Positions 1 through 13,500 of a stretch of DNA of 64,000 nucleotides are shown piece after piece. Below the pieces are notes generated by a model, which saw only the letters and a program-made list of their open reading frames with translations, ran no database searches and was not told where the DNA came from. Each line of letters begins with the position of its first letter. Positions within the stretch are counted from its first letter, which is position 1. Position numbers and translations under genes: made by a program. This DNA comes from Eledone cirrhosa (taxonomy: Eukaryota). The stretch spans positions 15,810,001-15,874,000 of the forward strand of contig OZ024761.1 in NCBI GenBank assembly GCA_964016885.1, given 5' to 3'.

Positions 1-190
1 ACACTCAAACTACAGTCACATGCCTTCACACTCAGTCACACACACATTAATAAAATATAATACAATATAATATGTATGAAACATGCAATGAAGGGTGTTT
101 TGTGTTTAATGTCTATGGAAAATATGTTTCAGGGAAAATGGACATTAAATGATGATGATGATGTCCTAGAATCCAAGTGGAATGTTATCG

Positions 191-237
<47 letters not shown>

Positions 238-290
238 CATATATATACGTACACCCACACACAGGCATATATATATATATGTGTGTATGT

Positions 291-332
<42 letters not shown>

Positions 333-869
333 AATAGATATCGATCGTAAATACTGGATAGACTGCATAGAGAAATATCAATAAACATATTATTTGAATG
401 ACTTCACTGGAACAGATGTAACTGATAGAAAATGCAAGAGAGAGGAAGGGCAGGGAATCAGAGAGAAAGGGTGACATGTAGAGAGATTGGAAAAGAGATG
501 GTGACATTATATATATATATATATATATAATATATAGAAAGAGAGAGAAAGAGGGGGAGATGTTTATAGATAGAAAGTCGGTGATAATGATTGATTGAAA
601 AAGAGAAAACGGGATATATATATATACATATATATATGCATTTATATATATACATACATATCTACACAGGAAGGATTCATAGAAGTGGTTGATAGCTTCT
701 GCTATTTAGGTGACTTAATTAGCACCAGAGGAGGGTGCTCTGAGACTGTAATAGTTAGAATAAGGATAGGATGGAAGAAGTTTAGAGAGCTACTCTCATT
801 GTTGACAACAAAAGTTTCTACCTACACACAAATGGATGGATGACTGTATGATGTCTATATGCGAAGTGT

Positions 870-1002
870 GATAATAATAATAATAATGAAATTATTGTGT
901 AAAGTGCTCAGGTGCACTACAACTCGTCAAAGGTGCATGTATAGTACATAGAATAATACACAAATGTCATGGAAGTGAATAGTGTATGAGTCATGATATA
1001 CA
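870..1002 (-). mobile_element. 3' end fragment of a CR1-like LINE nested in the RTE
   Basis: Same sequence as 35700-35815 (aaattattgtgta.agtg...aggtgc.ctacaactc), including the (AAT)n tail. Confidence 0.7.
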
Positions 1003-1316
1003 TGCTGCATGGTTGTGAAACATAGGCAGTGATTGTAGAGGACATGTGTAGACTAGAAAGAAATGAAGCAACCATGCTTCAGTGGTTCTAATGTGGATGA
1101 ACTGAGGGAGAAACTGGGTTTAAGAGGAATCCGAAGTGGTGTGCAAAAGAGAAGATGTATTAGTATGGACATGTGATGGTCATGGATGATGATTACTGGA
1201 TGGAGAAGTGCCAGAAAAACCCAGGGGAAGGAAGCCTCAGTAGAAGTAAACCAAGAAAGACCTGAGCAGAGGCAGTGAGAACTGATCTCAAATCATTGAG
1301 ACACAGAGGAGATAAT

Positions 1317-1502
1317 TGTTTCTACTTTAGGCACAAGGCCAGCAATTACCCAGTGCATTACTGGTACTTTATTTTATCGACCCCGTAAGGATGAAAGGCA
1401 AAGTCAACCTCGGCGGGATTTGAACTCAGATCGTAAAGGGTCGTAACTATGCTGGAAAGCATGGCGTCCGACACTCTACCGATACTGCCAATCCACCGCC
1501 CT
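1317..1502 (-). mobile_element. tRNA-derived SINE (family A; core gcctttcatccttacggggtcgataaaataaagtaccag, MetaSINE-like) with 13-bp target-site duplication
   Basis: The minus strand has an A-box-like TGGCAGTATCGG and a B-box-like GAGTTCAAATCC. The direct repeat cagaggagataat flanks it at 1304-1316 and 1503-1515. Confidence 0.9.
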
Positions 1503-1719
1503 CAGAGGAGATAATGAAGGGACGTGGCAAGTGAGGAGATGCTGTGCTGAAAAGGACCCTTTCAACCCAAGCCAGCATGGAAAAATGGATGTAAAAACGA
1601 TAATGATGATGATGATATATATTTACATATATATATTATAGTCAGTAGACACCTCTTAACCCATAATACACCCCACACACCCTACTCCATCCTCCCACTC
1701 CCACCAACACCACCCTTTC

Positions 1720-2022
1720 TCTGTAAAGTTATGCTGGTACCACAGAACACCCAACCCACACTGTAAAGTGATCGTGTAGGTAACACAACAAAAAGCACCC
1801 AGTCCACACTGTAAAGTGGTTGTGTAGGAGACACGGTAAAAAGGCTCCCAGTCCACACTGTAAATGTGGTTGGTGTTAGGAAGGACATCCAGCCGTAGAA
1901 AACCTGCCAGGGACAGTTCTATACAAGCGAGACACGGTCACCCAACCAATCTTGCCTCAAGTGGGACAAACCTATCCAACCCATGCTAGTGTGGAAGATG
2001 GACATTAAATGATGATGATGAT
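1720..2022 (+). mobile_element. RTE-type 3' module or SINE tail (family C) with internal sub-repeats
   Basis: 3-4 copies of ccacactgtaaagtg, then aggaagg.catccagccgtagaaa...ccatgctagtgtggaagatggac and (GAT)n. Related copies at 18890-19050, 21475-21658, 40655-40910 and 61933-62185. Confidence 0.8.
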
Positions 2023-2195
2023 ATATATATATATATACACACATACATACATATGGGAGCAAGAGAGAATATTTGATGAGGGGAGAGCGAAATATAGGGA
2101 AGAAGAGAAAGAGAATATATGAGAGAGAGAGAGGAGAGGAGGCAAAAAGAGATAGATAGATAGATAGGGGGAGAGAGAGAGAGAGAGCGCGATGG

Positions 2196-2251
<56 letters not shown>

Positions 2252-2611
2252 GATGATCTTCGATATAGACATTTCATATTGATACAAAAGACATAAGAGT
2301 CATTGTTGTTTCGTGAATGAGTAAGCTTTATGTTGTTCTGTTACCATCGTGAGCTGAATAATTAAGATGGTGGAGATGATTATAAACCATTTCTTTGTCT
2401 GCGATAATCTATCTGGATCGAATGTTGTCGAAACAAACACTGCAGCTATGATATAGATAGTGTAAGGTAGTATAGATGTTCCAAGGCTTGGCTGTGTGGT
2501 TAAGAAGTTTGCTTTGCTATCATAAAGTCCCAAGTTCAATCCTATCTCATGGTATCCTATGAGAGATATTTTCATTTTTTTTTTTTATTCTTAAGGCTGT
2601 AGGTTCCCCAT

Positions 2612-2842
2612 TTTCTGCCCTAATATTTCTGCCAATTTGTTATCATGACCAGGTAACTGTTTTTAATAAATCTACCCCAAGAAGGGCAAAATACAAAGTT
2701 TGTCCTTAGCAGGATTTGAACTCGGGATGCAAGGAGCTGGAATAAATATAGCAAGCTATTTTACCTAAAGCCCTAACACTTTCCCTGACACCTTATCAAG
2801 CTGAACATCTATGTTTCCAATTATCTCTTTTTTCTTCTGCAC
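2612..2842. repeat. Left arm of long-range inverted duplication (partner 17223-17440)
   Basis: Reverse complement of 17223-17440, with identical runs of about 43 and 34 nt. Confidence 0.9.
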
Positions 2843-3106
2843 TTTGTTTTTTTTTGCCACAGAGGAGGGAAGGGGTAAGGGATGGTGATGTGGGTGTCGG
2901 GATTACAATTCAACTTTAATTGTTATGTCATCATCTTAATTTGAAATTAATCCCTCATTTTATCTAATTAGCTTACGATAAGAGGATAATCATTTTTATT
3001 GTATACTTTTTTTCATTATAATTTTATTTAATTTTAATTTATTATATTTTTTTAATAAATGTTAGTTGACTATTAAATGATAAATCCATGTCTTGGATTA
3101 AAGGTA

Positions 3107-4065
3107 TTGTGGTGGTGGTAGTGGTGGTGGTAGTGGTGGTGGTAGAGGTGGTGGTGGTGGTGGTGGTAGTGGTGGTGGTAGAGGTGGTGGTGGTGGCATT
3201 GGTAGTGGTGGTGGTGATGGTGGCGGTAATGGTGGAGTTGGTAGTGGTGGTGGTGGTAGTGGTGGTGTTATTGGTAGTGCTGGTGGTGGAGTTGATAGTA
3301 GTGGTGGTGGTGTTATTGGTAGTGGTGGTAATGGTGGTGTTGGTAATAGTGGTGGTGGTGGTGGCAGTATTGGTGGAGTTGGTAGTAGTGGTGGTGGTAG
3401 TGGCATTAGTAGCATTGGTGGTGGTTATGGTTGTGGTGGTAGTAGTTGTTGTGATGATGGTGGTAATGGTGGTTGTGGTGGTGGTAATGGTGGTTGTGGT
3501 GGTGGTGGTAATGGTGGTTGTGGTAGTGGTGGTAATGATGGTTGTGGTGGTGGTAATGGTGGTTGTGGTGGTGGTGGTGGTGGTGGTAATGGTGGTTATA
3601 GTGTTGGTGGTGGTGGTGGTAATGGTGGTTGTAGTGTTGGTGGTGGTAATGGTGGTTGTGGTGGTGGTGGTGGTGGTGGTAATGGTGGTTGTAGTGTTGG
3701 TGGTGGTAATGGTGGTTGTGGTGGTGGTGGTAATGGTGGTTGTAGTGTTGGTGGTGGTGGTGGTAATGGTGGTTGTAGTGTTGGTGGTGGTAATGGTGGT
3801 TGTGGTGGTGGTGGTAATGGTGGTTGTAGTGTTGGTGGTGGTGGTGGTAATGGTGGTTGTAGTGTTGGTGGTGGTAATGGTGGTTGTGGTGGTGGTAATG
3901 GTGGTGGTGGTGGTGGTGGTAATGATGGCTGTGGTGGTGGTGGTGGTGGTGGTAATGATGGTTGTGGTGGTGTTGGTGGTGGTAATGGTGGTTGTGGTGG
4001 TGGTAATGGTATTAGTGGTGGTTTTGGTAGTGTTGGTGGTTGTAGTAGTAGTAGTAGATGGTTAT
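3107..4065. repeat. G-rich (GGT/GTA/GTT)n trinucleotide-type low-complexity tract
   Basis: Directly visible; it produces the poly-Val and poly-Pro pseudo-ORFs. Confidence 0.95.
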
Positions 4066-4587
4066 GTGCATAAGTAATGTACAGTAAGTGTGCATGAGTA
4101 AGTTTAGTGTGTAATGTGTGTATGTATAGTATGTGTAGTGTATGTGTAGTGTGTGTGTAGTGTGTGTATGTGTTGTGTGTGTTGGTAAATGACAAATCCT
4201 TCTCTGGGATTAAAGCTATTGTCCTTAAAATGTGTATATGTGTGTATGTATGAATGAAGTAGTGTATATGTGGTTATATCTAGTGTGTGGTATGTAAAGT
4301 GTATGTGCATATGAAGTATGTATTGTGTGCGTATATGTAGGGTGTGGTGTGTGAATGAGTAGTGTGTTTGTGTGTGGTGTGTGAATGAGTAGTGTGTTTG
4401 TGTGTGGTGTGTGTTTGCATGTTTGTGTAGTGTGTACTTGTGGTGTGTATGTGTAGTGTGTAGTATATGTATGTGTTTTAGTGGGATATTATAGAATTAA
4501 CTGGTTGGTCCAAAGACTAAGGCAAATTAGCCCCTTTTCTATGAAACAAAACCAATCCACTTCCAAAGGCTGGTATTTTAATTTATT

Positions 4588-7500
4588 GACCCTGAATAGA
4601 TGACAGGCAAAGGTGAACATGGAGAGAGTTAAGACCCCAAAAAGATGATAGTCAAAGGTGAACATGGAGAGAGTTAAGACCCCAAAATGATGACAGGCAA
4701 AGGTGAACATGGAGGGAGTTAAGACCCCAAAAAGATGATAGTCAAAGGTGAACATGGAGAGAGTTAAGACCCCAAAATGATGACAGGCAAAGGTGAACAT
4801 GGAGAGAGTTAAGACCCCAAAAAGATGATAGTCAAAGGTGAACATGGAGAGAGTTAAGACCCCAAAATGATGACAGGCAAAGGTGAACATGGAGAGAGTT
4901 AAGACCCCAAAAAGATGACAGGCAAAGGTGAACATGGAGGGAGTTAAGACCCCAAAATGATGACAGGCAAAGGTGAACATGGAGAGAGTTAAGACCCCAA
5001 AAAGATGATAGTCAAAGGTGAACATGGAGAGAGTTAAGACCCCAAAAAGATGACAGGCAAAGGTGAACATGGAGGGAGTTAAGACCCCAAAAAGATGATA
5101 GTCAAAGGTGAACATGGAGAGAGTTAAGACCCCAAAAAGATGACAGGCAAAGGTGAACATGGAGGGAGTTAAGACCCCAAAAAGATGATAGTCAAAGGTG
5201 AACATGGAGAGAGTTAAGACCCCAAAAAGATGATAGTCAAAGGTGAACATGGAGAGAGTTAAGACCCCAAAAAGATGACAGGCAAAGGTGAACATGGAGG
5301 GAGTTAAGACCCCAAAAAGATGATAGTCAAAGGTGAACATGGAGAGAGTTAAGACCCCAAAAAGATGACAGGCAAAGGTGAACATGGAGGGAGTTAAGAC
5401 CCCAAAAAGATGATAGTCAAAGGTGAACATGGAGAGAGTTAAGACCCCAAAAAGATGACAGGCAAAGGTGAACATGGAGGGAGTTAAGACCCCAAAAAGA
5501 TGATAGTCAAAGGTGAACATGGAGAGAGTTAAGACCCCAAAATGATGACAGGCAAAGGTGAACATGGAGAGAGTTAAGACCCCAAAAAGATGACAGGCAA
5601 AGGTGAACATGGAGAGAGTTAAGACCCCAAAAAGATGATAGTCAAAGGTGAACATGGAGAGAGTTAAGACCCCAAAATGATGACAGGCAAAGGTGAACAT
5701 GGAGGGAGTTAAGACCCCAAAAAGATGACAGGCAAAGGTGAACATGGAGGGAGTTAAGACCCCAAAAAGATGATAGTCAAAGGTGAACATGGAGGGAGTT
5801 AAGACCCCAAAAAGATGATAGTCAAAGGTGAACATGGAGAGAGTTAAGACCCCAAAAAGATGACAGGCAAAGGTGAACATGGAGGGAGTTAAGACCCCAA
5901 AAAGATGACAGGCAAAGGTGAACATGGAGGGAGTTAAGACCCCAAAAAGATGATAGTCAAAGGTGAACATGGAGAGAGTTAAGACCCCAAAAAGATGACA
6001 GGCAAAGGTGAACATGGAGGGAGTTAAGACCCCAAAAAGATGACAGGCAAAGGTGAACATGGAGGGAGTTAAGACCCCAAAATGATGACAGGCAAAGGTG
6101 AACATGGAGGGAGTTAAGACCCCAAAAAGATGATAGTCAAAGGTGAACATGGAGGGAGTTAAGACCCCAAAATGATGACAGGCAAAGGTGAACATGGAGA
6201 GAGTTAAGACCCCAAAAAGATGATAGTCAAAGGTGAACATGGAGGGAGTTAAGACCCCAAAAAGATGACAGGCAAAGGTGAACATGGAGGGAGTTAAGAC
6301 CCCAAAAAGATGACAGGCAAAGGTGAACATGGAGGGAGTTAAGACCCCAAAAAGATGACAGGCAAAGGTGAACATGGAGGGAGTTAAGACCCCAAAAAGA
6401 TGATAGTCAAAGGTGAACATGGAGGGAGTTAAGACCCCAAAAAGATGATAGTCAAAGGTGAACATGGAGAGAGTTAAGACCCCAAAAAGATGACAGGCAA
6501 AGGTGAACATGGAGGGAGTTAAGACCCCAAAAAGATGATAGTCAAAGGTGAACATGGAGAGAGTTAAGACCCCAAAATGATGACAGGCAAAGGTGAACAT
6601 GGAGAGAGTTAAGACCCCAAAAAGATGATAGTCAAAGGTGAACATGGAGAGAGTTAAGACCCCAAAATGATGACAGGCAAAGGTGAACATGGAGAGAGTT
6701 AAGACCCCAAAATGATGACAGTCAAAGGTGAACATGGAGAGAGTTAAGACCCCAAAAAGATGACAGGCAAAGGTGAACATGGAGAGAGTTAAGACCCCAA
6801 AAAGATGACAGGCAAAGGTGAACATGGAGAGAGTTAAGACCCCAAAAAGATGACAGGCAAAGGTGAACATGGAGGGAGTTAAGACCCCAAAAAGATGATA
6901 GTCAAAGGTGAACATGGAGGGAGTTAAGACCCCAAAAAGATGATAGTCAAAGGTGAACATGGAGAGAGTTAAGACCCCAAAATGATGACAGGCAAAGGTG
7001 AACATGGAGAGAGTTAAGACCCCAAAAAGATGACAGGCAAAGGTGAACATGGAGAGAGTTAAGACCCCAAAATGATGACAGGCAAAGGTGAACATGGAGA
7101 GAGTTAAGACCCCAAAAAGATGATAGTCAAAGGTGAACATGGAGAGAGTTAAGACCCCAAAAAGATGACAGGCAAAGGTGAACATGGAGAGAGTTAAGAC
7201 CCCAAAAAGATGACAGGCAAAGGTGAACATGGAGGGAGTTAAGACCCCAAAAAGATGATAGTCAAAGGTGAACATGGAGGGAGTTAAGACCCCAAAAAGA
7301 TGATAGTCAAAGGTGAACATGGAGAGAGTTAAGACCCCAAAAAGATGACAGGCAAAGGTGAACATGGAGGGAGTTAAGACCCCAAAAAGATGATAGTCAA
7401 AGGTGAACATGGAGAGAGTTAAGACCCCAAAATGATGACAGGCAAAGGTGAACATGGAGAGAGTTAAGACCCCAAAAAGATGACAGGCAAAGGTGAACAT

Positions 7501-10500
7501 GGAGAGAGTTAAGACCCCAAAAAGATGATAGTCAAAGGTGAACATGGAGAGAGTTAAGACCCCAAAATGATGACAGGCAAAGGTGAACATGGAGGGAGTT
7601 AAGACCCCAAAAAGATGATAGTCAAAGGTGAACATGGAGAGAGTTAAGACCCCAAAAAGATGACAGGCAAAGGTGAACATGGAGGGAGTTAAGACCCCAA
7701 AAAGATGATAGTCAAAGGTGAACATGGAGAGAGTTAAGACCCCAAAATGATGACAGGCAAAGGTGAACATGGAGAGAGTTAAGACCCCAAAAAGATGACA
7801 GGCAAAGGTGAACATGGAGAGAGTTAAGACCCCAAAATGATGACAGGCAAAGGTGAACATGGAGAGAGTTAAGACCCCAAAAAGATGACAGGCAAAGGTG
7901 AACATGGAGAGAGTTAAGACCCCAAAAAGATGATAGTCAAAGGTGAACATGGAGAGAGTTAAGACCCCAAAATGATGACAGGCAAAGGTGAACATGGAGA
8001 GAGTTAAGACCCCAAAAAGATGACAGGCAAAGGTGAACATGGAGAGAGTTAAGACCCCAAAAAGATGATAGTCAAAGGTGAACATGGAGAGAGTTAAGAC
8101 CCCAAAATGATGACAGGCAAAGGTGAACATGGAGAGAGTTAAGACCCCAAAAAGATGACAGGCAAAGGTGAACATGGAGAGAGTTAAGACCCCAAAAAGA
8201 TGACAGGCAAAGGTGAACATGGAGAGAGTTAAGACCCCAAAAAGATGATAGTCAAAGGTGAACATGGAGGGAGTTAAGACCCCAAAAAGATGACAGTCAA
8301 AGGTGAACATGGAGAGAGTTAAGACCCCAAAATGATGACAGGCAAAGGTGAACATGGAGGGAGTTAAGACCCCAAAAAGATGATAGTCAAAGGTGAACAT
8401 GGAGAGAGTTAAGACCCCAAAATGATGACAGGCAAAGGTGAACATGGAGAGAGTTAAGACCCCAAAAAGATGACAGGCAAAGGTGAACATGGAGAGAGTT
8501 AAGACCCCAAAAAGATGACAGGCAAAGGTGAACATGGAGAGAGTTAAGACCCCAAAAAGATGATAGTCAAAGGTGAACATGGAGAGAGTTAAGACCCCAA
8601 AAAGATGACAGGCAAAGGTGAACATGGAGGGAGTTAAGACCCCAAAAAGATGACAGGCAAAGGTGAACATGGAGAGAGTTAAGACCCCAAAAAGATGACA
8701 GGCAAAGGTGAACATGGAGAGAGTTAAGACCCCAAAAAGATGACAGGCAAAGGTGAACATGGAGAGAGTTAAGACCCCAAAATGATGACAGGCAAAGGTG
8801 AACATGGAGGGAGTTAAGACCCCAAAAAGATGATAGTCAAAGGTGAACATGGAGGGAGTTAAGACCCCAAAAAGATGACAGGCAAAGGTGAACATGGAGG
8901 GAGTTAAGACCCCAAAAAGATGACAGGCAAAGGTGAACATGGAGAGAGTTAAGACCCCAAAAAGATGACAGGCAAAGGTGAACATGGAGAGAGTTAAGAC
9001 CCCAAAAAGATGACAGGCAAAGGTGAACATGGAGAGAGTTAAGACCCCAAAATGATGACAGGCAAAGGTGAACATGGAGAGAGTTAAGACCCCAAAAAGA
9101 TGACAGGCAAAGGTGAACATGGAGAGAGTTAAGACCCCAAAAAGATGACAGGCAAAGGTGAACATGGAGAGAGTTAAGACCCCAAAAAGATGATAGTCAA
9201 AGGTGAACATGGAGAGAGTTAAGACCCCAAAATGATGACAGGCAAAGGTGAACATGGAGGGAGTTAAGACCCCAAAAAGATGATAGTCAAAGGTGAACAT
9301 GGAGAGAGTTAAGACCCCAAAAAGATGACAGGCAAAGGTGAACATGGAGAGAGTTAAGACCCCAAAAAGATGACAGGCAAAGGTGAACATGGAGAGAGTT
9401 AAGACCCCAAAATGATGACAGGCAAAGGTGAACATGGAGGGAGTTAAGACCCCAAAAAGATGATAGTCAAAGGTGAACATGGAGGGAGTTAAGACCCCAA
9501 AAAGATGACAGGCAAAGGTGAACATGGAGGGAGTTAAGACCCCAAAATGATGACAGGCAAAGGTGAACATGGAGGGAGTTAAGACCCCAAACAGATGACA
9601 GGCAAAGGTGAACATGGAGGGAGTTAAGACCCCAAAAAGATGACAGGCAAAGGTGAACATGGAGAGAGTTAAGACCCCAAAAAGATGACAGGCAAAGGTG
9701 AACATGGAGAGAGTTAAGACCCCAAAAAGATGATAGTCAAAGGTGAACATGGAGGGAGTTAAGACCCCAAAAAGATGACAGGCAAAGGTGAACATGGAGG
9801 GAGTTAAGACCCCAAAAAGATGACAGGCAAAGGTGAACATGGAGGGAGTTAAGACCCCAAAATGATGACAGGCAAAGGTGAACATGGAGGGAGTTAAGAC
9901 CCCAAAAAGATGACAGGCAAAGGTGAACATGGAGGGAGTTAAGACCCCAAAAAGATGACAGGCAAAGGTGAACATGGAGAGAGTTAAGACCCCAAAAAGA
10001 TGACAGGCAAAGGTGAACATGGAGGGAGTTAAGACCCCAAAAAGATGATAGTCAAAGGTGAACATGGAGGGAGTTAAGACCCCAAAAAGATGACAGGCAA
10101 AGGTGAACATGGAGGGAGTTAAGACCCCAAAAAGATGACAGGCAAAGGTGAACATGGAGGGAGTTAAGACCCCAAAATGATGACAGGCAAAGGTGAACAT
10201 GGAGGGAGTTAAGACCCCAAAAAGATGACAGGCAAAGGTGAACATGGAGGGAGTTAAGACCCCAAAAAGATGACAGGCAAAGGTGAACATGGAGAGAGTT
10301 AAGACCCCAAAAAGATGACAGGCAAAGGTGAACATGGAGAGAGTTAAGACCCCAAAAAGATGATAGTCAAAGGTGAACATGGAGGGAGTTAAGACCCCAA
10401 AAAGATGACAGGCAAAGGTGAACATGGAGGGAGTTAAGACCCCAAAATGATGACAGGCAAAGGTGAACATGGAGGGAGTTAAGACCCCAAAAAGATGATA

Positions 10501-13500
10501 GTCAAAGGTGAACATGGAGGGAGTTAAGACCCCAAAAAGATGACAGGCAAAGGTGAACATGGAGGGAGTTAAGACCCCAAAAAGATGATAGTCAAAGGTG
10601 AACATGGAGGGAGTTAAGACCCCAAAAAGATGACAGGCAAAGGTGAACATGGAGGGAGTTAAGACCCCAAAATGATGATAGTCAAAGGTGAACATGGAGG
10701 GAGTTAAGACCCCAAAAAGATGACAGGCAAAGGTGAACATGGAGAGAGTTAAGACCCCAAAAAGATGATAGTCAAAGGTGAACATGGAGAGAGTTAAGAC
10801 CCCAAAATGATGACAGGCAAAGGTGAACATGGAGGGAGTTAAGACCCCAAAAAGATGATAGTCAAAGGTGAACATGGAGGGAGTTAAGACCCCAAAAAGA
10901 TGACAGTCAAAGGTGAACATGGAGGGAGTTAAGACCCCAAAAAGATGATAGTCAAAGGTGAACATGGAGGGAGTTAAGACCCCAAAATGATGACAGGCAA
11001 AGGTGAACATGGAGGGAGTTAAGACCCCAAAATGATGACAGGCAAAGGTGAACATGGAGGGAGTTAAGACCCCAAAATGATGATAGTCAAAGGTGAACAT
11101 GGAGGGAGTTAAGACCCCAAAAAGATGACAGTCAAAGGTGAACATGGAGGGAGTTAAGACCCCAAAAAGATGACAGGCAAAGGTGAACATGGAGGGAGTT
11201 AAGACCCCAAAAAGATGACAGGCAAAGGTGAACATGGAGGGAGTTAAGACCCCAAAATGATGACAGGCAAAGGTGAACATGGAGGGAGTTAAGACCCCAA
11301 AAAGATGACAGGCAAAGGTGAACATGGAGGGAGTTAAGACCCCAAAATGATGACAGGCAAAGGTGAACATGGAGGGAGTTAAGACCCCAAAATGATGACA
11401 GGCAAAGGTGAACATGGAGGGAGTTAAGACCCCAAAAAGATGACAGGCAAAGGTGAACATGGAGGGAGTTAAGACCCCAAAAAGATGACAGGCAAAGGTG
11501 AACATGGAGGGAGTTAAGACCCCAAAAAGATGACAGGCAAAGGTGAACATGGAGGGAGTTAAGACCCCAAAATGATGACAGGCAAAGGTGAACATGGAGG
11601 GAGTTAAGACCCCAAAAAGATGACAGGCAAAGGTGAACATGGAGGGAGTTAAGACCCCAAAATGATGACAGGCAAAGGTGAACATGGAGGGAGTTAAGAC
11701 CCCAAAAAGATGACAGGCAAAGGTGAACATGGAGGGAGTTAAGACCCCAAAAAGATGACAGGCAAAGGTGAACATGGAGGGAGTTAAGACCCCAAAAAGA
11801 TGACAGGCAAAGGTGAACATGGAGGGAGTTAAGACCCCAAAAAGATGACAGGCAAAGGTGAACATGGAGGGAGTTAAGACCCCAAAATGATGACAGGCAA
11901 AGGTGAACATGGAGAGAGTTAAGACCCCAAAAAGATGATAGTCAAAGGTGAACATGGAGGGAGTTAAGACCCCAAAATGATGACAGGCAAAGGTGAACAT
12001 GGAGAGAGTTAAGACCCCAAAAAGATGACAGGCAAAGGTGAACATGGAGAGAGTTAAGACCCCAAAAAGATGACAGGCAAAGGTGAACATGGAGGGAGTT
12101 AAGACCCCAAAATGATGACAGGCAAAGGTGAACATGGAGAGAGTTAAGACCCCAAAAAGATGACAGGCAAAGGTGAACATGGAGAGAGTTAAGACCCCAA
12201 AATGATGACAGGCAAAGGTGAACATGGAGGGAGTTAAGACCCCAAAAAGATGACAGGCAAAGGTGAACATGGAGAGAGTTAAGACCCCAAAAAGATGACA
12301 GGCAAAGGTGAACATGGAGGGAGTTAAGACCCCAAAATGATGACAGGCAAAGGTGAACATGGAGAGAGTTAAGACCCCAAAAAGATGACAGGCAAAGGTG
12401 AACATGGAGAGAGTTAAGACCCCAAAATGATGACAGGCAAAGGTGAACATGGAGGGAGTTAAGACCCCAAAAAGATGACAGGCAAAGGTGAACATGGAGA
12501 GAGTTAAGACCCCAAAAAGATGACAGGCAAAGGTGAACATGGAGGGAGTTAAGACCCCAAAATGATGACAGGCAAAGGTGAACATGGAGAGAGTTAAGAC
12601 CCCAAAAAGATGACAGGCAAAGGTGAACATGGAGAGAGTTAAGACCCCAAAATGATGACAGGCAAAGGTGAACATGGAGGGAGTTAAGACCCCAAAAAGA
12701 TGACAGGCAAAGGTGAACATGGAGAGAGTTAAGACCCCAAAAAGATGACAGGCAAAGGTGAACATGGAGAGAGTTAAGACCCCAAAAAGATGACAGGCAA
12801 AGGTGAACATGGAGGGAGTTAAGACCCCAAAATGATGACAGGCAAAGGTGAACATGGAGAGAGTTAAGACCCCAAAAAGATGACAGGCAAAGGTGAACAT
12901 GGAGGGAGTTAAGACCCCAAAAAGATGACAGGCAAAGGTGAACATGGAGAGAGTTAAGACCCCAAAAAGATGACAGGCAAAGGTGAACATGGAGAGAGTT
13001 AAGACCCCAAAATGATGACAGGCAAAGGTGAACATGGAGGGAGTTAAGACCCCAAAATGATGACAGGCAAAGGTGAACATGGAGGGAGTTAAGACCCCAA
13101 AATGATGACAGGCAAAGGTGAACATGGAGGGAGTTAAGACCCCAAAATGATGACAGGCAAAGGTGAACATGGAGGGAGTTAAGACCCCAAAAAGATGATA
13201 GTCAAAGGTGAACATGGAGGGAGTTAAGACCCCAAAATGATGACAGGCAAAGGTGAACATGGAGGGAGTTAAGACCCCAAAATGATGACAGGCAAAGGTG
13301 AACATGGAGGGAGTTAAGACCCCAAAAAGATGACAGGCAAAGGTGAACATGGAGGGAGTTAAGACCCCAAAAAGATGATAGTCAAAGGTGAACATGGAGA
13401 GAGTTAAGACCCCAAAATGATGACAGGCAAAGGTGAACATGGAGGGAGTTAAGACCCCAAAATGATGACAGGCAAAGGTGAACATGGAGGGAGTTAAGAC

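Larger units (their letters stand above)
663..1615 (+). mobile_element. Degenerate 5'-truncated RTE-clade LINE interrupted by two later insertions
   Basis: Translates as [39 protein letters not shown], collinear with the RTE at 32945-33070. It continues with frameshifts to the typical 3' end (gatgctgtgctgaaaaggacc...ggatgtaaaa) and a (GAT)n tail. Confidence 0.9.

Noticed and set aside
2300-2575. Hydrophobic 91-aa ORF as the GPCR TM7 exon
   Set aside because: The available AG acceptors are phase 1 while the donor is phase 0. It has no TM7 motif and overlaps a SINE head and decayed repeat sequence.
3088-4195. Poly-Val and extensin-like poly-Pro ORFs (also 24394-25379)
   Set aside because: These are (GGT)n low-complexity tracts without splice or domain context.
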